Part shown: in pieces, positions 46,377 through 58,950 of the stretch
Layout: every line of letters begins with the position of its first letter
Numbering within the stretch: the stretch's first letter is position 1
Origin: the human T2T-CHM13v2.0 reference genome, Homo sapiens
Strand: one strand, 5' to 3'
Assembly (NCBI RefSeq): GCF_009914755.1
Contig: NC_060933.1
Length of the DNA: 64,000 nt
Program-made: the position numbers and the translations under genes
Notes under the pieces: model-generated
The model's database searches: none
The model's input: only the letters and a program-made list of their open reading frames with translations
Told to the model about the DNA's origin: nothing

Positions 46377-47569
46377 CTATAGTAGAAATGCTGGGGGTAA
46401 AGTTCTGGGGGTGGTCCTTTTTGCTTTTTGGATTTTCTTGATGACAAAAAAGAGTTCTAACCATGATTTACCCAAATATTTTGTCCTACTTAGGGGCAAA
46501 GTTTAATACATTAGAACATTATTCTGGTGGATTAGTTTGGCCAGCATGAATCTATCCTTTGAATAATAGTACACTCTGAGCCAAAACTAATTCGCTTTCT
46601 AAACCAGAAAAATTAGAATGTGCTTAATATATATGTTTCCATGGGGATAAAAACTATCTACAGAAGCCTGATTTGCTTTTCTCATCTCAACTCCCATTTA
46701 TAGATAATCACACACAAAACAGTGTCTACTGACTTCATCATCTATAAGGAATGCCAAGTATCATGGTACTTGGTAGTCTATTTCAAAGTCAGCGTGTTAC
46801 CAACATAAATTTACTTTTGGCAATGTATTTATTCATTTACTCCTTAAACATTTACTGAACAGATACATCTTTCTTATTTTCACAAGGCGCTAGGTGCATA
46901 AAAAAGAAATAAACTCTGCTCTTGAATGACTTACATCCAACCTAGGGGGGACAAGTCAGATATAAAAAAAGAACTTGATGTTAAGAGTTACAGTAAGAAT
47001 ATATGCAAAGGGCTATAGGGATAGTCTTGTAATAGTTTTTGATAGTTCCAGAAACACTTTGATTCTTGGAATAAGAAACCACTAGTTTAGCCCTTATACT
47101 AATGGCCTGACATTTTTATTGAACCAGAAAAGATTGCTATATATAAGAAATTTCTACAGGAAGAAAACATTATATATTTATTTGTCTTATTAGAGTGATT
47201 TTTGAAAAGAACCAAAATTATAGGTAGGATACAATTCAAATGGAAATGGTGTATTTCCTATTTCTTAGAAAATATTCAGAGCAGAATCTTTGCACATGCT
47301 ATATCATCACAGAGTTATGTTACTTCACCTATATATAACCTAATGCAATTTTCATATAGTTTTCTTAGAAAACTATATGTAAACATAAAGAAAACTATAA
47401 GAAAATACAGTTTTCTAAGAATCCAGACACCTCAATAGCTTCCATAACTTGGGAGAATTTAATGTTCAGTCCTTTCATCTATTACTTGTTTTTATTAATT
47501 ATAGAATTTTTTTGGATATTATGTTTTGAATAGCTACTTCTATTTAAAATTTAATAGCTAGTTTTCTTT

Positions 47570-47668
47570 AAAAATATAAAATTTCATATATAAAATATGT
47601 AATAAAAATATAATAAAATATATAATTTAATATATATAATATTAAAAAATATATAATTTCATATATAT
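47570..47668. repeat. AT-rich low-complexity tract
   Basis: Almost pure A/T. Confidence 0.85.
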
Positions 47669-50600
47669 CCAGGCAACAATGCTGGGTTATTTTGCTGATA
47701 TAGGAAATAAGGCCATTAGGTATGTTGCTTGGTTGGTAGAAGGAAGTACAAAGTTTAGGGATTATTCTTTAAGTAGAGCAGATGAGTATTAAGTCTGAAA
47801 TCTGTGATAAAGGAGCATTAAAAATACTGGCAGCCACTGAAATTCTTACCATTAATTTATCTCAAACCATCTGCAGATGTGTGCATATTAATTGGCTTTG
47901 GGCATTTTGTTACCTAGGAGGAGTAACACATATGATAGCTAAAATTAGAAGGCAGGCAAAAAAAAAAAAAAGTGAAAATACAAAGCTTGGTATTCCAATG
48001 TAGGTGGGGTGTTATAGCAAGAGACCCTGCCAGGCAGGAGTCCTTAATCACTGTGAGACATGAGTGGCAAAAAGTGCTTGAGGCATGTTACTGAAAGACA
48101 AAGCTATCTCACACTTACGTCTAGATTTGTGGGTGGAAGGGTGAGAGTTGGAGCTATTCCCCATTCACACTGCCACACATCTTTGTAGCATGCTTTTCAT
48201 TACATGGATTTGAATACATCAGTGATCAGGGTGATGAGTGAGGGGGCGATGGAGGAAGCCAGAAGGAAAAACTGGAAGGCTTTTGGCTTTAATCTGCTTT
48301 GCTTGTTTAAGCTAAGGAAAAAAGAGCTTCTTAGCCTTTTTAAAAAAATAAACTATCACAATAATGAAAATATTAATAACCAAAATAAGAGCTACAGGTT
48401 ATGCAGAGCTTGTTAGGCAGTAGGCACTATGTTAAGTGCTTTATGTACATCATCTCACTTAATGTCCCTGTGTTTTCCCTACTGTCCCCAAACAGTAAAA
48501 ATCTCTTCCAGAACTGCTCATTCACCATCTCCTAGCAGACACACCATAAAGAGATTTCACTTTATTTGCAATTCTGCATTTAAAAATTCTCCTTCACCCT
48601 TCACCTTGTTGGAGCTACTTTCTGCTTTGAGATGGCGAACAGGTCCATCTGCTTAGAGATGGTCCCTAAGCATTGAGGGGAGTGGTATCCCTTTCCCTCT
48701 CACCCAAGGCCAGGCTCAGATAGAGTGGGCTTCTTGGCCAGGCAACCCTGGATACTTATCATTGTAGGAGGAAGTGCCTTAGAATTGTCTCCTATTGAGT
48801 GAACTGTAAACCCCAGCCCCTCTTAGTTCATGAATTCAAAGCCGTCACTCACCTTGTGCTTACGCACCAGGGCAAAGAGAATGGCTATCTTGCCTCAAGG
48901 AAGCAATTGGCCCTACCAATACTAACACCTTGCAATTCTAGTGAACACTGTTTACTGTTCTGAGGGGAACGTGACAACAAGGCAGATCTATCTTGGATGC
49001 CTTCCAAGAAGCCGAGCACCAAAGGGAAGTCCTGATATAAACAGGCATGGAAGGAGGAGCTCCAAATACCCTACATGGTTCACTATAGAGGCTTTGCTGC
49101 TCTTCAGGAGAACCTGATCTCCCCTACCTGGTGGATGGAGACTTACTCTCACTTGTCCTTTAAGCAAAGAGATGCTGCAATTCTACTTCTTTCAAGGATC
49201 TACTGAGAAAATAAACCTGCCACTACACCCAGGGCACTTTCTCTTTTTAAGAACTTTCCTTTTTTTCTCTCCTTCCTCTAAGTCTGTTCTCCTAAACTTT
49301 TGTTGGTGGTATTTAGACATGCTGTTTTTTTCTCCTCTGGGTGTGCTCTAGGATTTGATCTAATTGTCCTGCTGTTCGAGTGTCACTTGGCATTATTATT
49401 GGGAAGATGAATGGTATGTGGGTCAGAGTTCAGCAAGAAGGCATCTGCTCGCTTCCACTGTAAAGTGGAAATGCTTAGAGGTGATCTTTAATGAAAGCTT
49501 GGAAAAGATTTGCACAAGGCAGGCTGTCCTCTATTCCTCCAAAGCAGAGGGGACCAAAGGTTATCCTTTTCTGGAGGGACAGAAAATGAATAAAAAGGAG
49601 GTAGAAATCTCTTTACAGGGAGTTTCCTGCTTGGGATGTCTTTTCTTCTGTAGGAAAGAAAATGGGGTGTGGTGTGTGGGGAGACAGAACGATTAAACAG
49701 GGAAGAGATTGAAAATAGAAGCTCTTGAATGGATCCTAACCATTCTGTTTTGCTCACAGAACAATCTGATCCAAGAAGTTTCCACTCTACTTGCAACGAC
49801 TCTCACCTGCCATCTCCCCTGGCCTCAGGTTACTGTGCCATAGCAGGCTCAGGTTCTCTTACTGGACTCTCTTCGAGTTGACAGTTCTCCCACTTTACCA
49901 AATAGCCAGAGGCCTCACAAAGACCTAGAATTGCGTTGGCATTCTAGGCAAGGGGACAATGAACCCATTGTTCTTTTTTTTTTTTTTTTTTTTTTTGCCT
50001 TCTTAAATAGGGCAAATATCTCTTCCATTTACCTCTATCATCAAAGGAGGCTTAGTATGGGGTCCTCAGAGACTCACCTTCCTTCCACTCCTCCTTTGTT
50101 GTTTGGAAGAGTTATCGCTAGCCCCCTTCTCGCCCTCGCCCCATTAAAGCTGTTGTGGGACCCGACTGGACGTTGCCTTTTCTTGCTCTTAAAGGAGTGG
50201 AAGTTGGGAGGGGAAGAAAGAAGCACACACCAGGAAACTCATTTTAGTTCGGGGCGACCTGCAGCCTGTGGTTCCTCCTGGACCTCTGGGGAGACGCATC
50301 TCGGTTGCCCGCAGGGTAGAAAGCAAGAGAATGGCCCACAGGAACGCCCGCGCCAGCGCTAAAACCACACCGGGAGAGGACAGCCCCACGTTACCGAGGA
50401 CTCGAGGCAGAAGCGGTCTCCAAGGATGGGTGGGGATCCCACCACTGGCTTCCAGCTCTGCATGCGCCGCGGAGTCCCCGCGCAGGGCGCACCTTTGCGG
50501 CGGGGTTTCCCCGCTGCCTTCTGGGAACCCCGCGGAGCGACTGCCGCTGGACGCAATCTGGCTGGCTTGCCTCTACCCCGAGCTCACTCTCTCTGCTCTG

Positions 50601-50690
50601 TCTGGGCTCTGGAGCCAGAGCTGAGTCTCTCTTGAGCATGCGCAGCCCGGCACCCTCCCCGCCTCTCCCCTCCTCCGCCCCCTCCGCGCC

Positions 50691-51066
50691 AGCCTTTTGC
50701 TCTTTCCTTTCATTAAACAAACAGGAGATCCTGAAACCTGGACCCTGTGCAAGCTGCAGCGCCAGGAGGAGGCAGCGGAGGAAGCAGAGCGCGGGATGGG
50801 CGCCCAGCGGCATCTGTGATCCCGCGCACCTCCGCCCCACGGGCGCGCGCACAAACACGGACACACACATACACACACTCGCGCACACACTCGCACAAAC
50901 ACACACTCGTACACGCCCGCGCCGCTCGCTCGCCGGCTTGCTCTCCCACGCAAGCGGAATGCAGCAGCGCCTGGAGAGCGTGTCTCGGACCGCCGCCTGA
51001 ATGTACCTCGCTCCCGGGAGCCGGACGGCCCAGTAGGGCGCACTGGAGGACGCTCCGCTGCGGGAG
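50691..51066 (+). other. PLPPR1: Non-coding first exon (5' UTR) of phospholipid phosphatase-related 1; intron 1 runs past the window end
   Basis: Consensus donor GAG|GTGAGT inside the CpG island. The stretch ...cggaccgccgcctgaatgtacctcgctcccgggagccggacggcccagtagggcgcactggaggacgctccgctgcgggag matches my recollection of the PLPPR1/PRG-3 cDNA leader (not database-checked). TSS approximate, placed just after the GC boxes. Confidence 0.7.
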
Positions 51067-51072
51067 GTGAGT
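51064..51072 (+). promoter_or_regulatory. 5' splice donor GAG|GTGAGT
   Basis: Strong match to the U1 consensus. Confidence 0.85.
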
Positions 51073-53489
51073 GCGGCGCCCGCAGCCGGGCCGCTGGGGA
51101 AGTCTCTGCACCGGGGCAGTAGGGCAGCGCGGGGCAAGCTCCTGGCCGGACCCGGCGGCGCAGGTGTCCCATGCCTTGCTTGTGGGTGTCGAGGTGCAGA
51201 TGAAGGCGGCGCTGGGGCTGTGCAGAGGAGAGGACGAACCCAGGGAGGGTCGCCTCCTGCGAGGTGTCAGATTGACCCAGCAGAAAGCTACCACCTCCCT
51301 GCTCATAAACTTTCCTTCCATGTCATCTGGGAAACGTGGAGACAAAGGGGGCGTGGAGGCTCCCTCCGTCCCGTTCCACCCTCCTGACTGCATTCCGGGC
51401 TGCAACGCGAGCCTGCACGCGTTGGGTGGGTGTGCAGGCGGAGGCGCCCTGCAGGTAGCTGATGCCAAGTCCTCCCACCCGGGCGGGGGTTGAGATTTCT
51501 CACCCCAAGCTGTAAGGGTTGCCATTGATTTTCCCTCAGGCATGGGCACCTGTCATCCTTCCCTTCCACCCCTCTGCGTCCTAGGCGCATAGTGGGGTGT
51601 GTGTGTCACCTGGAAAATTGGAGGGGCGGCCTTCGGCTTTCTCATCGAGCTCCGGTGCCAAAGGCGCCGGGGTGAGGCTCGGGTCAGTGCGGGGATAAAT
51701 GATGAGTTACTGACAGGCTTGCCATAATCACCTCCTAGAACGGAGGACGCTAGGATCTCTCCTCCTCAGGGAAGGTGCTGTCTTCACGCACACCATCGCG
51801 GCAGCGCTGGGAGCTGAACAGGGGCTGCTGCTGCGGCGGCGGCAGTGGGAAGACGGGGCTTTATCCTCTCCCAACCCATTTCCCAAGGGTTTTATGACAC
51901 GCACGTGTGGAATATGTGGAGGATTCTGGATTATTATTTTTCTTTGTGGGGATGTCGGGTTTTTTTCCTTTCAACCTCTTTCCTGGGAGAGATTCTGTGG
52001 TGTCTGCTATCTAGTTGGTGGACAGGCACGGTTCTGAATATCTCTTCGGCCCGACGGAAAAGGTCCTGAGAAAAGGATTTCCTAAAATCCTTTCTACTAC
52101 TGGGGCGGGATCTCAGAGTGCAGTGCACCCGCTGCACCCGGGAAAAGCGTCAAATCGAATGGCCTTTTGAAACAGCAGAGACTGGGTCAGCCTGTGAGGA
52201 GTCCAGGACTGGGACAAAGGGAGATAGAAGAGGGACAAATAATGGTCACTTAGGAGAGGTGTGACTAGAGGTTAATGAAGGCAGGAAGAGGTTGACTGGA
52301 GGGGACGTACACTACAGCCTTCACTGAATTTCTATGCCCCTTCTGCTTGTATGGTTGGCAGCTCCTATTCTTCTGGTGGGACGCTAGTTTTGAGGTGTCT
52401 AGAATGTCACATCTGGAGCGTAAAAGACTTCACTATTTCTGGGATAACGTTTAGCATACTTACAAATTAGTTGTTTAGGTCTAGAAAGTGCCTCGTGTGA
52501 AAGTTTCTCCATCTTGACGTGTTGGTTGTACCTGAAAGGCGGGTTGGGCAGACAGGTACATTTTTGGCTCTTGTGCACGTCAGGAGCCTTGTATTTTTAG
52601 GAAAAGTGTATGGGGAATCTGGAAGCCAAGCTGATGCTGAAAGAAGTAAACTCCGGAAGCTCAGATCCAGTACTTATGCCTGCTGCTCCTCACGGGTGGG
52701 GGTGAGGGCTTCTCTTCACTTTGAGATGACAGGTTGGGGAGTCTCTCTGCTGCTTGGGATGGGGACCTTTTTATCTTTAACATTTTGTGACTTCTTTGAA
52801 GTGGGAGAAAGCATGATATTTGTGAGATTAATTGAGAAATGACTTATGAAAGTGATCTTCACTCATAAGTAAGCATAGCCAAAGGTGAAAAGCTTTTTTA
52901 AGAAAGGAAAAAAAGAAGCAGGGGGTGGGGGGGAATTGGGAAAGGGATGCTTATTATTAAAATAGTTTCGCTTTTATGATTTTAAAGGTATTCAGTAAGA
53001 TAGAAATCTGAGTGTTTTATTTTCAAATAACTAGGGAAGTAAAGACCTTTCCAGGAATATTTTCAAGTGAAATTGGCATAGAGGGGATTTAACTATAATT
53101 GTCAGCATATGTCCTTTTTATCCCATGGTGAACACTCTCATCATTTTCTTTGAAAACCTTGGCAAGAAAAGATCAAGAATATTTTTTGCTTTCACTAGAG
53201 CTCTTTATTTGCTTTGTTACTATATGTTTCCTCTTCCTTCATCTGCAAGATCAGTTTATTTTGATTATACTAGATTCTATTTACAAGGATTTATTGACCA
53301 CCTATCCTGTATTTAGCATTGGAAGTCATATAAAATATGTAACATAGTTCTGTCCCTCAAAGTGTTTATGTTCTAGTTGTAAATACAAGATGAACACACA
53401 TGAAATAGAAAGCAGGATGGTTCTGTATTGTACTATGAGCTCTTAACGTGTATGCTGTACACTTCATCCCCTCCTCCTGGATTTTCTCA

Positions 53490-54400
53490 CCATTCAGAAA
53501 ACATGTATAAGTACTTGTTACATGCTGGAGGCTGGGGAAAAAAAGATAAGAAAGTAAAAAATGGTCCCAATCGTCAAGGTAACAGGTATTTAACTATGAT
53601 GCAATCTGATTAACTGCTGTAATTGTAGGTTAAACCATGTGCCAATAGTACAGGCATGAAAGTGATTTTTTCCTTTCCCTGGAGGATTTGAGCAGGTGAT
53701 CTTTGAGAAAAATGAATAGTCTTTTACCAGGGAGGAAAGGATAGAAAGGACATTCCAGGCAGAGGAAATACTTGAGAGTGTCTGATAAATTAGGGTGGCA
53801 ATAAGCCATCTCATGTGGTTAGAGCCATTGAGGGTGAACAGCATCTGGGTGACACCAGTTAACAAGTAATGCTATAGAGTGAGTTTTTTAGAGATATGCT
53901 CAGAATGCCATGGAAGCACAAAGGGAGGTCATCCAACTCAAGGAGAGTAAGAAGATCAAGAAGGTTTCTCAGAGAGCTTGACATTAGCTGAGTCTTGAAC
54001 AAGGACAAGGAGGAAAGAAGGGCTTTCCAGGCAGAAATATCTCTGAAAGGCCTGGAAGTAGTTCTGTGTGTCTGTAGCGACAGATATGGGTTCTTAGCTT
54101 TTTGCAGTGGCACAACATCAAGCAAGAGACATAAGCAGCAATCAAGTGTGAATGGAACTATCCAAGCATAAGAACTTCAATTTTATGGGGAAGGCTAGGG
54201 GTGTTTGTTTGAAAGTTGAGAAAGTTTGAGACATGATCAGATTTGCATTAGAGAATGATGACTGTGACCACAGTGTGGAGGATGACTTGGAGGTGTTGAG
54301 ACTGGAGGCAGGGAACTTATTGTGGAAATGTAGGTGTTAAATGATGAGGGTGGTGGCAGTAGGGGTGGACAAGAGGAGATGTATCTGAAAGACAAGTGAA
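53490..54400 (-). mobile_element. L2 fragments
   Basis: aggacattccaggcagaggaaa, agctgagtcttgaac, gacatgatcagatttgcatt, gagactggaggcaggga. Confidence 0.65.
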
Positions 54401-56414
54401 ATAAAGCCTGCTAATATAAGAAGGGCCTTCCTTCTTCTGTGTGCTCCTATATCACCCTCTTCTTTCCTGGCATTCACTTGTGTAGCTGCCTTTTTTGCAT
54501 TGTGAGAGTAAGGCATTCACAGTGGCATCACCAGCATTTAGCACAGGCCTGGTATGGAGTAGGGACCCAATAAATATTTGTTGAATGAATCATTAAATAA
54601 ATGAATGAGAAATCCAGCCATGAGGTGATGATTCCTGCATTAGAATAGTAGAAGATAAATCATGACTTCCATTTCTCCAACGTGATCAACTGACTTGGAG
54701 GTCAGTGTTAAAATGTGCCAAGGAGGCCACAAATCAAAACAAAAAACATATTTTCTCAGCTGCCCCTATGAAGAAGAACTGTACCCTGAAGTGCCACTAA
54801 GAAATAGCATCATGACTCTTTTTTATGTTTAAAAAATGAGCTCATCACTGCATCTTGGAAGCAACAGCATTTAGCACAGTTGCTGATACATAGTAGTATG
54901 GCAGTGTGTATAAATTCCCTTTTCCCCCTTTCTTGTCAGAATTTCCGGATTTAATATACATTGTGAAAACTTTAAAAATAATCTGCACCAGAGAGTTCAT
55001 AAGGATCTCACTTAAAGAGCTCATTGCATCTTGGCATCCTGGAATGAGGGCCAGATCATCTGTGTTCCAGCCATCAACACTGCAGACCCAGGAACTAGGT
55101 CCCTTACTGAACCAAGCCCAAACATGTTGAATTTCAATCTGAAAATGCCATTAAGAGATGCCAGAATGGGGAAAAAACATAGTCAGAGTTTGTTTTCAAA
55201 TTGACTACAGGGAGTGCAACAGAAGGCAAATCCAAGATAGCACTTCGGGTTTGACCATTGGTAGCTGGATTGATGGTGACAGAGGGATGGGGAAGGAGGT
55301 TAGCTCAGGAAAGTAAAAGGCTTAATGCTGTTTTGCAGAAATTGATTTTGGGGTGACACCAGAACATCTTGGAAAGCATTAGTAGAGATCCCAGCATCTA
55401 GTGATTTCATAGTAAATGCCAAGTATTATTTTTATTAGGGAAGAAGATGGGAAGAGAAGGACACCATACAGCCAAAGACTAAATTTCAGCATTTAGCAAA
55501 ATATAGGGATTAAGGAGAGAAATAAGCCCCAGGAAAGAGCATAGGAAGTGAATACTCAGACAAGAAGGAAAAGAACTGGCATGAAAGCAAAAGCCTCAGG
55601 GAACCATGAGGAGTGCTCAGACTTCACAGAAACAGTCCCAACTGTGCCAGGACTTGTTTAAATGCCTCCACGTGGAATCCTATTTAATCTTGACAACACC
55701 TATGACTCCTATTCCCACTTTACAGCTGAAGCAGCTGAAACAGAGAGGTCCCAGTAGCTTGTCCATAGCTACCAAGTTACAAAGTATCAGAGTCAGGTCT
55801 CAAAGCCCATTTTCATAATTGTACAAGCAATTTCCTTTCATCAAATGTATAAATTACCAGGATGATTTTAAGTGAGGGGAGTTTGAAAAGGTTGAAAGTA
55901 GGGAACTGAAAAAGGACAATGAAAAAGAGTTTTCTGGTGACCATTAGGAAAGCAATTTTAGTATAGCAGTGTGCTCAGAAACCATTTCAGAGAGTTCAGT
56001 GGGGAATGGGAGGAAAAAAAAAACGTGCAATGCGTAACTATCAGTCACTTATGAAGTCTAGCAGGGGAAAGAGTTATGGGGCTGTAGGTACAGTGAGAAG
56101 GTACAGTGAGTCTCAAGTGCATTTTTTATCAAAAGGGAGCAGATGGAACCAGCTAGTGTCTAAGAACAAAGGGTTTGGGAAATGAGAACAGGAGAGGAGA
56201 GAGAGAGGAGAAAGGATGCCTTTCTCCAAGAGCATGCAAAGATATATTTGAGGACAGATACAGCAGATGCTCTTCTTCCCCACAACTACATGACTGAAAT
56301 GAGTCCTCTAAAACTCAGAGAATTCAGATCCTTGAATGTCCTGGAAACTTAAGGAGCCTCTGAGTGCCATACCTCAATGGTACCACTTGGGCATGCAGGC
56401 TGATGAGCCTGACT

Positions 56415-56700
56415 TGTTTATGTAGCACAGCGGTTAAGAGCACAGGCTCTAGAGTTAGGCTGTTAACCTGAATTAATTCTGAATTGATTCAGAATTCTAA
56501 ATTAAATGAATTCTTAATTCTGGCTCTGCCACTTATAAACTGTGCGACTTTGGGCACACAGTTTACTTCTCTGTGCTTTCAATTACTCCTGCTTTTAAGA
56601 TGGATCCCATTGCAGAGGTTTGTGAGGATTAACTGAGTTTGTTGTAAAGGTCGGACAGAGTAAGTACCTAATAAATGGAGAGTATTAAGTGTGATAGCAG
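56415..56700 (+). mobile_element. MIR
   Basis: gtagcacagcggttaagagcacaggctctagagt...ctggctctgccacttataaactgtgcgactttgggca. Confidence 0.8.
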
Positions 56701-57932
56701 TGAGGTTAAAAACATAAAGCTTTGACTTTATGCTCAGGACTCAAGAGATGGTGTGCTTTTGCATTCATTAAAAAATTTGGGGGCGGGGGGGTTGGTTATA
56801 AATAGTTGGCTTGAATCCTGTCTTCCTAAGTGCAGAAATTAAATCAGCAGACACAAATATGGCAGGCGCAGACCAGCTCGGCTGTCATAAGCCTAGGTAG
56901 AGTAGACATGTGCTGGAAGTACCTGCCAATAACACTTGCCTAGTTGCCCACTTCTCACACCTGTCTGGGGAAGATGAAAGTTTGCTTGCGTTTAGCCTAG
57001 TCTTTGCACCTTCAGGCTCATAGGCATCAGACAACAGGGACTTAGCTGTTTAGCAGATTGTTTTAGGGAAACGACTACTTGTATTAATTACAGCACCTCT
57101 TTGGTACTGAGGGACATAAACTGTAAATATCTCAAATGTGAGATTTACAACATTCCGTAGGAAATTAAATGCCTCCCTTCATGGAAAAATTTGTCATGTG
57201 TTCTAAAATAGAATCCCAGTGGATGTGGAAACTCTGTCATCTAGCTATTTGGCAGCAGGGCAGGAACTGCAACCCGGGTTTGACTCATAACTCTGTGTCT
57301 TTGCATTATACTCTGGCAAATACTTCTATTACTGTGCTATAATCAAAGACTTTTTACCCCCCATCCATCCTATTAATGTTTCATCCAAACTAAACTTCTT
57401 ACAGTTACCCCCATGAGATTTTTCTTTTTACCTTCAGGCCTTTCGCCATGCTGTTCCCTCTTTCTGGAATTCCGTCCTTGTCTTCCCCTAACTCCTTTGG
57501 GTTTTTAGGTCAGAGTCTCTTTCTAGGGAAGTTGTCCTGACCTCTTAACTCTAAGGTTGGCTTCTCTTTCTATGTGTTTCAGTAGTCCCCAACTCTGTAT
57601 TTTTTTGTGCCTAACATAGTGCTTGGCATATATAAGCGTTCAGTAAACGTTTTTGATTGAATAACTGAATCAATTACTGAACCAACTTCTCCTTTTGAGT
57701 CATTGATGACACTTCAAATAAAGCAACTTCATATTATAGAAAATCATAGGATTGTCCCAAGTTCAAAGATTCGTTAGAAGTTACCTAGTCAGACTTTCAA
57801 GTGAAATGACACAAGGAAACTGAGAACTAAGGAACTGCAGCAACTTACCTGAGGCTTTTGCTTACTGTAGTTAAGTGATATCAGAATGGAGGCCAGAATT
57901 CTCATATTCTAATTTCAGACCCAGATTCTGCC

Positions 57933-58155
57933 CAGGGCTGGGGTGAGGGTGGGGTGAGAGAAGCAAACGCAGGATTGGTTCCTGACTTTATTTAAAATTT
58001 TGATACTGTGTGTGTTCATCATGGAATGTTGCATTACGATTTTTTTAAATGTTGCATTAAAATATTGTTTACCTTGATTACTGAGTTTTTTGGAATGTCT
58101 TAAATTTTGTGCCCAATGCAGGTGCCTCACTCATCTGACCCTAGTCCCAGCCCTG
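57933..58155. mobile_element. hAT-Tip100 MITE (MER96B-like)
   Basis: Terminal inverted repeats cagggctggg / cccagccctg (10 bp perfect); internal ccttgattactgagtttttt...ttaaattttgtgccc. Confidence 0.75.
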
Positions 58156-58754
58156 CTCTTTCCACAAAGGATACATCCTAGCTTTCCTATACTGGTGTAA
58201 AAATGCAGGAACAGTGTATATGGCAAGGGCCCTGATTGAAAATATTGAAACACCATTCATCATTGTGGTATGAACTGCTAATAAGCATTTCATGACCTGG
58301 CTAATCTTCTGGTCAATAAACGTTATATTCACATTGTAAAAGCAAAGCCAAAAGGATAAGAATAAAAGCTCTATCTGCCTGTCATCTCTCTATTTATCTC
58401 TTTGTCTTAGGGCTAGAGGAAAATGTAAAGATCATCTAGACTAGTCCTTAATTTGTAAATTTACATGTAGTTATTACTATACTTCCATATTTTTAAGTGT
58501 TTTGAAGACCCAAGACCCAAGATAGAAAAGAGAAGAAAACTATTCCATTTATAAACTTGGCTGGTCTTGGCTTATGGCACTGCTGGCCTGTTTTGAAGAT
58601 TTGAGGTCAGAAGGTAGAATGGCCAAGCTTGGAAGGTAGAATGACAAAGCTTGGCTATTTCTGCCAAAAAAAAAAAAAAAAAAAAGAAGAGGAAGAAGAA
58701 GAAAGGAAAGAAGCATGAATGAAAAGGATAAAAAGAAATAGATGAAAGACATTT

Positions 58755-58950
58755 TCAGTAGGCCTCCTATGTACCATACGAGCTACTACTATGGATTATT
58801 AACCTCTACAACACACTGGAAAATAGGTATCAGTATCCCCATTTGACAGCTGAGTAAACCAAGTCTCAGAAAACTGAATTAAGAGCTTACCTAAGCTCTC
58901 AAAGCTACCGCTGGACTGAAAACCTGATCTAAGTCCAAAATCTATGCTTA
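58755..58950 (-). mobile_element. MIR
   Basis: taggtatcagtatccccatttgacagctgagtaaaccaagtctcagaaa. Confidence 0.7.

Larger units (their letters stand above)
50115..52160. promoter_or_regulatory. CpG island / promoter
   Basis: Abrupt rise in GC and CpG against a CpG-depleted background; Sp/KLF-type tract at 50654-50690; NRF1-like gagcatgcgca at 50634-50644; no TATA box. Confidence 0.92.

Noticed and set aside
50961-50982. REST/RE1-like site (also ~51783-51808 and ~39030-39048)
   Set aside because: Half-site similarity only, with non-canonical spacing or several mismatches.
50268-51590. Many overlapping 100-278 aa ORFs on both strands
   Set aside because: Stop-codon scarcity in a CpG island; low-complexity Ala/Arg/Pro/Gly products with no domain.
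51824-51845. CTG/CGG triplet run
   Set aside because: Only about 3+3 units, far too short to be an unstable repeat.
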